A stretch of 64,000 nucleotides of DNA, from contig CAVPCQ010000010.1 in NCBI GenBank assembly GCA_963702425.1, positions 68,182 through 132,181 of the forward strand, read 5' to 3'. Below, in pieces: positions 48,981 to 56,891 of the stretch (positions are counted from its first letter, which is position 1; each line of letters opens with the position of its first letter). Under the pieces are notes generated by a model. It was not told where the DNA came from, ran no database searches, and was given only the letters and a program-made list of their open reading frames with translations. This DNA is from an uncultured Acidobacteriota bacterium. Lineage in GTDB: Bacteria > Acidobacteriota > Polarisedimenticolia > J045. The position numbers and the translations under genes are program-made.

Positions 48981-49529
48981 GGAGCGGGTGACGAGAGGTG
49001 ACCGGAGGCTGCCGGACCGGGCTCGGAGTACGGGGCTGGGCGAGGCGTGCCAGGATCGGCAGTGAGCCTCGCGTCCTGATGTGGCGGAGCTGAGCAGGGT
49101 GGAGCACGGAGGGCCCCCTGCGTGACTGCGGAGTGAGTCGCGCGCACGATGGGACACGGCGAGATCCCGGCGGCCGCCCGGTGCTGAAGTCCGTGACGAC
49201 CAGACGGTATTCGCCGTTCTGCGGAGGTCGCGGCAGTGGACCTTCCGCGCGAGCCCGACCGGAGCCGGCCGAGTGGGCATGGCATCGGGATCGAGAAGGA
49301 CGCGGAAGACACGCACGGGCGAGGGGTGGCCCCTCGCGCCCAGGTAAGGCCAGGCTGGACCACAGGGCTCGTCGGGCGGAGGTCGTCGGCTCGGAGTACG
49401 ACTCACGTCGTATCATGGGCGCGTGCCGGCGAGGAGCCGCGGGACCGGATGATCCTCGGCAGGCGGCTCCCATCAACCCGCCGTCGGCTTCGCGCACAGC
49501 GATCGCCGCGCCCCGTGAGAGGCCGAACC

Positions 49530-50153
49530 GTGCCTTCGATCTATGACCTCAAGCCCGCCTTCCAGCGCCTGCTCCGGCCGCTGGCCGGCGGCCTCGTCCG
49601 GGCCGGCGTCTCGCCCAACGCGGTGACCGCCGCAGCGCTGGCCGGCTCGCTCGCGCTGGGGGCCGCGCTCTTCGCCTGGCCGAACCGCCGCGCCCTGCTG
49701 CTGGCGCTGCCGGCCTGGCTCTTCGTGCGGATGGCGCTCAACGCGCTCGACGGGATGATGGCGCGCGAGCACGCGATGGCGACGCCGGCCGGCGCGGTGC
49801 TCAACGAGCTGGGTGACGTGCTGGCCGACCTCGCGCTCTACCTGCCGCTGGCGAAGCTCGCGCCGGGCGTTCCCGGGGTCGCGTCGCTGGCCGTGCTCTT
49901 CGCGATCGCGGCCGCGCTGACCGAGTTCTGCGGCCTGCTTGGCCCGCTCCTGGGCGGACCGCGGCGCTACGACGGCCCCTTCGGCAAGAGCGACCGCGCG
50001 TTCGCGGTCGGTGCGCTGGCGCTGGCCATCGGCCTGTGGCCGACCGCGGGGCAGGCGCTGCGCCCGTTCTTCGCGATCGGCCTGCTGCTGCTGGCCGTCA
50101 CCTGCTGGAACCGCGCGCGCCGCGCGATCGCCGCCGCGGTGCCGCGGGCCTGA
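49530..50153 (+). CDS. CDP-alcohol phosphatidyltransferase (YnbA-like)
   Basis: SIYDLKPAFQ start; SPNAVT; RMALNALDGMMAR...GAVLNELGDVLAD; GPFGKSDRA. Confidence 0.9.
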   Translation: MPSIYDLKPAFQRLLRPLAGGLVRAGVSPNAVTAAALAGSLALGAALFAWPNRRALLLALPAWLFVRMALNALDGMMAREHAMATPAGAVLNELGDVLADLALYLPLAKLAPGVPGVASLAVLFAIAAALTEFCGLLGPLLGGPRRYDGPFGKSDRAFAVGALALAIGLWPTAGQALRPFFAIGLLLLAVTCWNRARRAIAAAVPRA

Positions 50154-50168
50154 AGCGGGGAAACCGCC

Positions 50169-51116
50169 GTGTTCGAGATCATCGCAGGGCTGACCCCGAT
50201 CTGGCGCGTGGCCGTCGCCGTGCTGGTCGTGCTGGTTGTCGCCAGCGCGGCGGTGCTGGCGGTCCGGCGCCGCGTGACGCCCGCGCTGGCCTCGGAGCTG
50301 GTCACCCGGACCGGATCCTGGTGGGTGATGGCGGCGGTCTTCTTCGGCGCGATCCTGCTGCACCGCTGGGCCGCGCTCGCGCTCCTCGCCTTCGCCAGCT
50401 TCTGGGCGCTGAAGGAGTACCTGACGCTGCTCCCGACGCGCCCGGCCGACCACCGCGCGCTGGCCTGGGCTTTCCTGTCGATCCCGATCCAGTACCTCTG
50501 GATCGGCGCCGGCTGGTACGGGATGGCGATCATCTTCATCCCGGTCTACATGTTCCTGCTGCTGCCGCTGCGGATGGTCCTGGCCGGCGACACGCACGGC
50601 TTCGTGGCCTCGGCGACGCAGCTGCAGTGGGGCCTGATGGCGTTCGTCTTCGGGCTCTCACACCTGGGGATGCTGCTGGTCCTGCCGGTCGCCGGCCCGC
50701 CGGGCGCGGACGGGCGCACGCTGCTGCTCTTCCTGGTGATCACGGTCGAGCTGAGCGACGTGCTGCAGTTCTGCTGGGGCAGGCTGCTCGGCCGGAACAA
50801 GGTGATCCCGACCGTCAGCCCGAACAAGACCTGGGAGGGGCTGATCGGCGGCGTCCTCTCCGCCGCGGTGATCGCGCTGACGCTGCGCTTCCTGACGCCC
50901 TTCTCGCCCGCCGAGGCGTTCGGGATCGCGCTGCTGGCCTGCCTGGCCGGCTTCTTCGGCGGCGCGGTGATGAGCGCGGTCAAGCGCGACTTCGGGGTCA
51001 AGGACTTCGGCTACCTGATCCCCGGGCACGGCGGGATGCTCGACCGGCTCGACTCGCTCTGCTACGCCGCGCCGGTCTTCTTCCACTGCGTGCGCTACTT
51101 CTTCGGTGCGCCGTGA
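50169..51116 (+). CDS. Phosphatidate cytidylyltransferase (CdsA/YnbB-like)
   Basis: SWWVM, SPNKTWEG, SAVKRDFGVKDFG, IPGHGGMLDRLDS. Confidence 0.93.
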   Translation: MFEIIAGLTPIWRVAVAVLVVLVVASAAVLAVRRRVTPALASELVTRTGSWWVMAAVFFGAILLHRWAALALLAFASFWALKEYLTLLPTRPADHRALAWAFLSIPIQYLWIGAGWYGMAIIFIPVYMFLLLPLRMVLAGDTHGFVASATQLQWGLMAFVFGLSHLGMLLVLPVAGPPGADGRTLLLFLVITVELSDVLQFCWGRLLGRNKVIPTVSPNKTWEGLIGGVLSAAVIALTLRFLTPFSPAEAFGIALLACLAGFFGGAVMSAVKRDFGVKDFGYLIPGHGGMLDRLDSLCYAAPVFFHCVRYFFGAP

Positions 51117-51757
51117 GCGGGGCGGCCCAACGCCTGTTCTTCGCGCTCGGCGTGCGGCCCTTCCTGGTGCTCTTCATCGGGCTGCGCGTCAGCGGCCGCG
51201 AGCACCTGCCCGCGAGCGGCCCGTTCATTCTGGTCGCGAACCACAGCAGCCACCTCGACACGGCGTCGCTGCTGGCGCTGTTCCCGACGGCGCGCCTGCG
51301 CTCGATCCGTCCCGTCGCGGCAGCCGACTACTTCGAGCGCACGCGCCTGCGCGCCTGGGCCAGCCGGACCTTCTTCAACATCCTGCCGATCGCCCGCGGC
51401 AGGTTGACGCCGGAGACCAACCCGCTGCCGAAGATGCTGGCCGCGCTGGAGGCGGGGGAGTCGCTGATCGTCTTTCCGGAGGGGACGCGCGGCGGCGGCG
51501 ACGAGGTCGGGCACTTCAAGTCCGGGATCGCGCACCTGGTCGAGCGTGCGCCGCAGGTCCCGGTCGTCCCAGTCTACCTGCGCAACATGGGCCGCGTGCT
51601 GCCGAAGGGGGAGTGGGTGCCGGTCCCGCTCTTCTGCGAGGTCCGGGTCGGGCCGGCGCTGCGCCCGACGGGGTCGCGCGACGAGATCGTCGCGGCGATC
51701 GAGGGGACGGTGCGGGGGCTGGCGGAAGGGGAGGAGGGGCGGGTCCCTGCCGTGTAG
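51113..51757 (+). CDS. 1-acyl-sn-glycerol-3-phosphate acyltransferase (PlsC family)
   Basis: GTGA overlap; NHSSHLD (HX4D), FPEGTR, FKSGI. Confidence 0.92.
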   Translation: MSGAAQRLFFALGVRPFLVLFIGLRVSGREHLPASGPFILVANHSSHLDTASLLALFPTARLRSIRPVAAADYFERTRLRAWASRTFFNILPIARGRLTPETNPLPKMLAALEAGESLIVFPEGTRGGGDEVGHFKSGIAHLVERAPQVPVVPVYLRNMGRVLPKGEWVPVPLFCEVRVGPALRPTGSRDEIVAAIEGTVRGLAEGEEGRVPAV

Positions 51758-51760
51758 GGC

Positions 51761-51814
51761 TGTCCTTCGCCAATAGCGTGTCTGCGCCTTCGTGGCGCAC
51801 TGTTGGCGAAGCAC
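51761..51814. repeat. Imperfect inverted repeat; left arm recurs at 52766-52792
   Basis: TGTCCTTCGCCAATAGCG (51761) versus CACTGTTGGCGAAGCAC (51798-51814). Confidence 0.7.
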
Positions 51815-51924
51815 GAGTTGACGGTCCGCCTCGCCGGGCTCTCGACTGGGATGGAACGCAGATGCCCAGTTGCCGCGCCTGCGGCTACCGGTGAGAATGC
51901 GACCACAATGGAGAAGGAGGACGC

Positions 51925-52686
51925 ATGGAGATTCGCGCGCTCAAGGCGATCGTGACGGGCGCTGCAAAGGGCATCGGCAAGGCCATCACTCTGCGCTTGC
52001 TCGACGGCGGCGCGAGTGTCGCTGCCTTCGACATTCATGGCGTCGGGCTCGATCAGCTCGCCGGCGATTGTAAGGACCGCGCGGGCAAGCTGTTCACGTA
52101 CAAGATCGACGTTTCGAAGGAAGCCGAGGTCGAGCGAGGCGTCGCTGCCGCGGTGAAGGACCTCGGGCCACTCAACTGCGCAGTCAACAACGCCGGGATC
52201 ATGCGCGACGGGTTGCTCGTGCGCAGCGATCCCGAGGGCGCAGTCATGCTGCCGCTGGCGCAGTGGAACGCGGTCATCAACACCGACCTTACAGGTGTCT
52301 TCCTCGTCACGCGTGAGGTGGTCGCGCACATGCTGGACACGGGCACCAGGCCCGGTGTCATCGTCAACATCGCCTCGATCTCTCGCCACGGGAATCCGGG
52401 CCAGGGCAACTACGCGGCCGCAAAGGCCGCCGTGGTCGCAGCCACCTCCACCTGGGGGCGCGAGTTGAGCCCAAGTGGCATCCGGGTGGGTGCGATCGCG
52501 CCGGGTCTCGTGCGAACCGAGATGCTCGACGCCATTGATCCGGCCGTTCTGCAGTCGCACCTCGATCTCGTGCCTGTGCGCCGCCTCGGAACGCCTGACG
52601 AGATCGCAATGGGGGTGCAGTTCATCGTCGAGTGCGACTTCTTCAGTGCACGCTGCCTCGACATTGACGGCGGATACTCGTTCTAG
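51925..52686 (+). CDS. Short-chain dehydrogenase/reductase (FabG-like)
   Basis: RBS AGGAGG; TGAAKGIG, NNAGIMRDG, YAAAK, IAPG. Confidence 0.93.
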   Translation: MEIRALKAIVTGAAKGIGKAITLRLLDGGASVAAFDIHGVGLDQLAGDCKDRAGKLFTYKIDVSKEAEVERGVAAAVKDLGPLNCAVNNAGIMRDGLLVRSDPEGAVMLPLAQWNAVINTDLTGVFLVTREVVAHMLDTGTRPGVIVNIASISRHGNPGQGNYAAAKAAVVAATSTWGRELSPSGIRVGAIAPGLVRTEMLDAIDPAVLQSHLDLVPVRRLGTPDEIAMGVQFIVECDFFSARCLDIDGGYSF

Positions 52687-52765
52687 AGTGTGTCCCTCGC
52701 CACCTGTGCCTCGCCGCAACCCCGTCCGCCCTGCCCTTCAACGACTTGCGTTCCTATCCAGGTGT

Positions 52766-52792
52766 TGTCCTTCGCCAACAGCGAGTCCGCGC
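52766..52792 (+). repeat. Direct-repeat copy of 51761-51787
   Basis: TGTCCTTCGCCAACAGCGAGTCCGCGC versus TGTCCTTCGCCAATAGCGTGTCTGCGC, 24/27 identical. Confidence 0.75.
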
Positions 52793-53137
52793 ATTGCTGA
52801 TCGCTCACCCGGCTTGGAACGAGAGGTAGATACGCCGGCCGAACGTGCCCCTGCGGGTGTCGGCCACGGTCCTGCCCGCCGGTTGACAGAGAGGGCGGCG
52901 GTCTGCTTTCCGCAAAGGCACACGCGCTCCGCGCGAGGCCGTGGCGATGGACTGGTCGAGCGGGATCGTCAGGCCGCGCGGCGCCAAGCATGGCGATGAT
53001 GAAGCCCGCCAAGGCGAGGTAGAGCGATGACCTCGGCGGCTGGATGCGGCTTCGACTCGCCCGCGGCAGGCTGACGCCGGCGAGCTCCCGCACGGTGACA
53101 ACGTGTCGAGGCCGGGGCCGCCGGGCGGGATCGCCCG

Positions 53138-54505
53138 CTATTCCACCCTGTAGAAGTAGTTGCGCCCGTCCGAGAAGGTGCCGAAGTCGACGTAGAAACC
53201 GTCCGGCCAGGCGTCTTCGAGGACGGACGGATCCGCGAAGTCGCTCGATTCGCTGCGCAGGATCCGGTAGGGGGGCGTGCCGCCGTCCCAGTCGAGCCGG
53301 GTCTCTCCCGCTTCCCGGCTGACGCGCAGGTTCACGGGAGGGGGCGACCCGCCGAGCGCGACCAGCGCGTGCGGGTAGTCGCCCGGCGGGATGTGGGTGA
53401 CCTGTTGAAGGTCCGCCTGCTCCTGCGGCGAAAGCGGCGCCCGGAAGTGGCACGCCAGGCCGTCGGCGGCCGCCTGGATCAGCATCCCGCCGGCCACGAA
53501 CCCGGTCTCGAGCCGGCAGTACCAGGTCCCGAGGCCGGCCTGGTCGAGGCACAGCAGAACGTAGCACGGGGCCTCCGGAAGTCCGTGGAGAGCCTGCCGG
53601 ACTTCGGCGCGCACGTCGGCATCCTGCACCAGTTCCAGCCGGTGGTCCCGTGTGGCTCGATCCGTACCCCTCCTGTTGCAGAAGCGCCAGACCTTGTCCT
53701 GAACGACGTAGATCCTTCCTGTCAGGAAGTACTCCGCGACCCAGGATGGAGCGGTCAGCGCGCCGCGGCTGTTGGACGTCCAGTGCGGGATGCACCCATA
53801 GCCCGCCCAGAGCAGCTGCGACAGCTCGGCCAGCTCGAGATCGGCCGGGGCGAACTCCGTCTGGAGCGTCAGCGCGGACAGGACCTCTTCCAGTTTCGCG
53901 CCGCTGTTGGACCGGGGCGTCGGCAGCGTGGAATCGGACGAGACGGCGACCCGCTTGAGCGACAGACCGGCCACGGTCCCGATCCCGAAGTTCAGGTCCG
54001 ATTGCTGCGGGCAGCTCCTCAGTTGCGACGCGGTTCCCGTCCACAGCGACACCGATTCCGCGAGCGCGAACTGGTACGACACGCCCGCGTCGAAGTCGAG
54101 CTCCCGGTCGAAGTTGAGCCGGAACGCGTTCGCCACGGTTTCGGTGGAGTACGACTCGAGCGAGTGATCTTCCGGATGGTAGACGTAGGTGCCGTGTATG
54201 GTCTTGAGGTAGATCGTCCTGGAAGCGCCCACGACCGGGGCTCTCCCCGCGGCCCACAGGACGTTCGCGATCTGCTGGTCGGACGCGGTGCCGCCGAGCC
54301 CCGAGTGGTAGGAGAGCCTGCTGTTGAGGCAGATCTCCGGCGAGTTGCCCGTGACGATCGGTGGAAGGAGCGGACCCGGCCCTTCCGCCCAGGCGTAACT
54401 GCTGCCGACGAGACCGTGGCCCAGCGCCAGCCCGCCCGCACCGGCCGCAGCGCTCCGGACGAAGCTCCGCCGCGATATCCGCTGCTCGGTGTCGTGGTTC
54501 CGCAT
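53138..54505 (-). CDS. Tat-exported protein with two nitroreductase-like (SagB/ThcOx-type) domains and an FN3-like C-terminal tail
   Basis: Start MRNHDTEQRISRRSFVR after GGAGG; QQIANVLWAAG and ELSQLLWAGYG, TAPS, LETGFVAGGMLIQAAADGL; tail LRVSR...LDW...YRILRS...YFYRVE. Confidence 0.75.
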   Translation of the reverse strand: MRNHDTEQRISRRSFVRSAAAGAGGLALGHGLVGSSYAWAEGPGPLLPPIVTGNSPEICLNSRLSYHSGLGGTASDQQIANVLWAAGRAPVVGASRTIYLKTIHGTYVYHPEDHSLESYSTETVANAFRLNFDRELDFDAGVSYQFALAESVSLWTGTASQLRSCPQQSDLNFGIGTVAGLSLKRVAVSSDSTLPTPRSNSGAKLEEVLSALTLQTEFAPADLELAELSQLLWAGYGCIPHWTSNSRGALTAPSWVAEYFLTGRIYVVQDKVWRFCNRRGTDRATRDHRLELVQDADVRAEVRQALHGLPEAPCYVLLCLDQAGLGTWYCRLETGFVAGGMLIQAAADGLACHFRAPLSPQEQADLQQVTHIPPGDYPHALVALGGSPPPVNLRVSREAGETRLDWDGGTPPYRILRSESSDFADPSVLEDAWPDGFYVDFGTFSDGRNYFYRVE

Positions 54506-54683
54506 GGCGGCCTCCGGCGAGCCGGCCTGCCCGGCCACGCCGCGGTCGGTGCTCGTCGTCCAGCGGGCCGTGCGGCGCGGGGAATCCGGCGATGCGTTGC
54601 ATTCTATCGCGCTTCCGGCCGCGGCTGGCGGACCAACCGCTTCCTTGCAAGTCCCACGCATCGAGCAGCAAAGCGGGCAGCGC

Positions 54684-55015
54684 GGATAGGACGAATTGCC
54701 CGCGTTTCACCACGCGCTCAGCGTAGCACCGGCGGGGAGGACGGGGGATGACAGGCGGCCGCGGGCGAGTCAGCAGGTGGGAGCGGCGCCGGCGAGCCGT
54801 TCTCCGGCCCACGACGGCCCGAGAAGCCGAATCCTGACGCACCCCTCCCGGCGCGAGGCCGGGCCTCAGTCGGGGGACCAGTCCAGATCGGGCTCGAGCA
54901 GCGGCGCCGCCGCGCGGCGCGCGGGAGCCAGCGGCGGCGGACGGGCCGGTAGCCTGAGGCACTCCAGGATCGCCTCGGACGTGTCGGGCGGGTGGATCTG
55001 GGCCGAGACCTTCAG
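54684..55015 (-). mobile_element. 3' remnant of an IS91/ISCR-like rolling-circle element (transposase C-terminus plus oriIS-like end)
   Basis: Minus strand LKVSAQIHPPDTSEAILECLRLPARPPPLAPAR resembles the C-terminus of IS91-family transposases; about 180 bp further lies GCAATTCGTCCTATCC, similar to the TTCCTAT oriIS end. Recognised from memory, not searched. Confidence 0.55.
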
Positions 55016-55032
55016 ACTACGTCAGCGCTCCG

Positions 55033-55383
55033 TCAGAGCGTGCGTTCGCCCGAGTCCGTCGGAAGATCCGCACTGCGCCAGCCGCTGATCCCGGCGGACA
55101 TCACGCGCACGTTCGCGTAGCCCATGCGCAGGGCGCGTCTCGCGGCGTTCGGGGCCTTTCGGCACAGCGGGTTCGAGCAGTAGAAGACGAGCTCCGTTTG
55201 CCGATCATCCGGTAGATCTCTCGCCTCGAAGCTCGTGGGATCGAGGTGCCGTGCGCCGGGGACGCGGGCCGCGAGCCAGCTCGCGCGCATGTTGACGTCG
55301 ATCGTGACGATCGGCTCGACCTGCATGCGTCGATGTAGGTCGTTAGGAGAGATCGTCGAAAGCCCCATCAAGCGTGCGAACAC
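55033..55383 (-). CDS. Single-domain rhodanese-like protein
   Basis: RVPGARHL, LVFYCSNPLCRKA, SAGISGW. Confidence 0.85.
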   Translation of the reverse strand: MFARLMGLSTISPNDLHRRMQVEPIVTIDVNMRASWLAARVPGARHLDPTSFEARDLPDDRQTELVFYCSNPLCRKAPNAARRALRMGYANVRVMSAGISGWRSADLPTDSGERTL

Positions 55384-55408
55384 GAGACCTCCAAGTCGGC
55401 GAGCGCGG

Positions 55409-55837
55409 TCACTCCGCCCTCGGCCGCGCGAAACGCAGGCTCACGCACCGTAGCGCGATCAGCGCGATGCCGAGCGGCAGGACCACGAAGGTCGCGGTGC
55501 GCGCGGAGCCGAGCGGAAGGACCAGCCAGGCGAGTCCGAGGGCGAGGCCGGTCAACACCCACGTCCAGCCCGCGAAGCGGTAGAACGACTGCGCCTGGGC
55601 CGGATCGTGGAGGCCGGCCAAGGGGGCCAGCCGTTTCGGAATGGTGTTCCCGATGCTGGCGATGAACAAGCCGAGAAGCACCATCAACGAGCGATCGGCC
55701 AGGCCCTCGCGGCTGCCCCATCCGAGGCCGGGGCTGAGCTTCGCCGCGAGCGGGATCATCAGCATGAGCCCGCCGAAGACGAGACCGTTCCGGAGCTCGG
55801 GTGCGATGCGGCGCGGGTGGGTCGTTTGTGCACTCAT
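55409..55837 (-). CDS. Small membrane protein (SdpI-like)
   Basis: Four hydrophobic segments; GNTIPK and RFAGWTWVLTG; directly follows an SdpR-like repressor. Confidence 0.7.
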   Translation of the reverse strand: MSAQTTHPRRIAPELRNGLVFGGLMLMIPLAAKLSPGLGWGSREGLADRSLMVLLGLFIASIGNTIPKRLAPLAGLHDPAQAQSFYRFAGWTWVLTGLALGLAWLVLPLGSARTATFVVLPLGIALIALRCVSLRFARPRAE

Positions 55838-55841
55838 GGCA

Positions 55842-56174
55842 TCACATCTCCTCGCGGGTCAGGCGTCGCCGTCTGGCGAATGAGCCCCCGCGTCGCCCGT
55901 GGCCACGCTCCCCGGCGCGCCACCCGACGGTCTGCGCGAAGCCAAGCAGCGCGTCCTCGAGCACCGAGAGCTTCAGCCGATAGAGAATCGTGCGTCCGCT
56001 CTTCTCCGCTTCGATCAGATCGGCGTCGAGAAGCGTCGCGAAGTGCGCCGACATCGTCGGCTTCGACACGTCAAAATGATCGGAAAGTTCGCCGGCCGTG
56101 AGCGGCCCCTCGCGCAACAGCTGGAGCACCCTGCGGCGGGTGGGGTCCGATAGAGCCTTGAAGACGCGGTTCAT
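55842..56174 (-). CDS. ArsR/SmtB-family autorepressor, SdpR type
   Basis: VFKALSDPTRRRVLQLL, LTAGEL, VSKPTMSAHFATL, YRLKLSVLED; no metal-binding Cys. Confidence 0.9.
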   Translation of the reverse strand: MNRVFKALSDPTRRRVLQLLREGPLTAGELSDHFDVSKPTMSAHFATLLDADLIEAEKSGRTILYRLKLSVLEDALLGFAQTVGWRAGERGHGRRGGSFARRRRLTREEM

Positions 56175-56176
56175 GC

Positions 56177-56210
56177 TTCGAAGATTAGCTAACTATCGAA
56201 ATGTTGTCAA
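56177..56210 (-). promoter_or_regulatory. Sigma70 promoter with overlapping palindromic operator; leaderless transcript
   Basis: TTGACA (56210-56205), 17 bp, TAATCT (56187-56182), 7 nt, ATG; palindrome TTCGA-aga-TTAGCTAA-cta-TCGAA at 56177-56200. Confidence 0.85.
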
Positions 56211-56360
56211 ACGGGACTCGAGGAGCGCGGCCTGAGCACGCCCCGCCCCTGCCGGATTGATCCGCAGCTTGATCGTGGCTCTCGAAGGTCAACGGGGCGA
56301 TGCCCCGGAATGAGCGATCACGATCGTCCGGAACCGCCAGCACCCGACGAAGCGGTCTAA

Positions 56361-56627
56361 ATTTACCGCGTCCGGCTCGACGCGAACAGCCTGGCGGTGC
56401 TCGACTTCCAGAACCCGAATCAGCCCAATCAGGTCACCGGGTACAACGTGTACCGCTCCTCGAACCCGGCGGCAGCCTGGCCCTGGCCGCTCGTCGCCTC
56501 AAACGTCAGGGATGCGGACGCGGGAACGACGAACCTCCAGTGGGTAGACCAGCCCGGGGATGCCGGGAGTTGGTACTACCAGGTGAACGCCTTCAATGCC
56601 GCGTGCGACGCCGAGGGGCCGCGCTAG
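56361..56627 (+). pseudogene. Orphan FN3-like C-terminal domain without an N-terminal part
   Basis: IYRVRLDANSLAVLDFQNPNQPNQVTGYNVYRSS...QWVD...WYYQVNAFNAACDAEGPR*; in-frame TAA just upstream, no RBS or signal peptide. Confidence 0.6.
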
Positions 56628-56891
56628 CGCGGCGCCCGGGGCTCACGCCGTCCCCGATGCCCGCCCGGGGAGTGAGGCGGGGAGGAAGCCGTGTAGGAGC
56701 CGGCCCGCGAGGGCTGACGGACGCGGGTCCGCCGCGGGAAGGCCGGGCCCGACCGGTCGCAGCCCTCGCGCCACCCCTCGTCGTTTACCGCGCCGCGGAT
56801 CGCGTTGTTCCCGCGTCACGGGCGTACACGGACCCTCGACGGGCGCGACGGGTCAGCCGACCGGCCCCACGTCCCGGGAGAGGGGGCGCCC

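Noticed and set aside
49230-49330. Minus-strand PVRVFRVLLDP, reminiscent of a class III nucleotide cyclase C-terminus
   Set aside because: Too short and without flanking cyclase motifs; could be chance.
51761-51814. Hairpin as an integron attC site
   Set aside because: The left end reads GCCAAT rather than RYYYAAC, there is no second complete site and no integrase.
53138-54505. SagB-like domain as a sign of a RiPP (azole peptide) cluster
   Set aside because: No YcaO, E1-like protein or precursor peptide nearby, and the protein carries a Tat signal.
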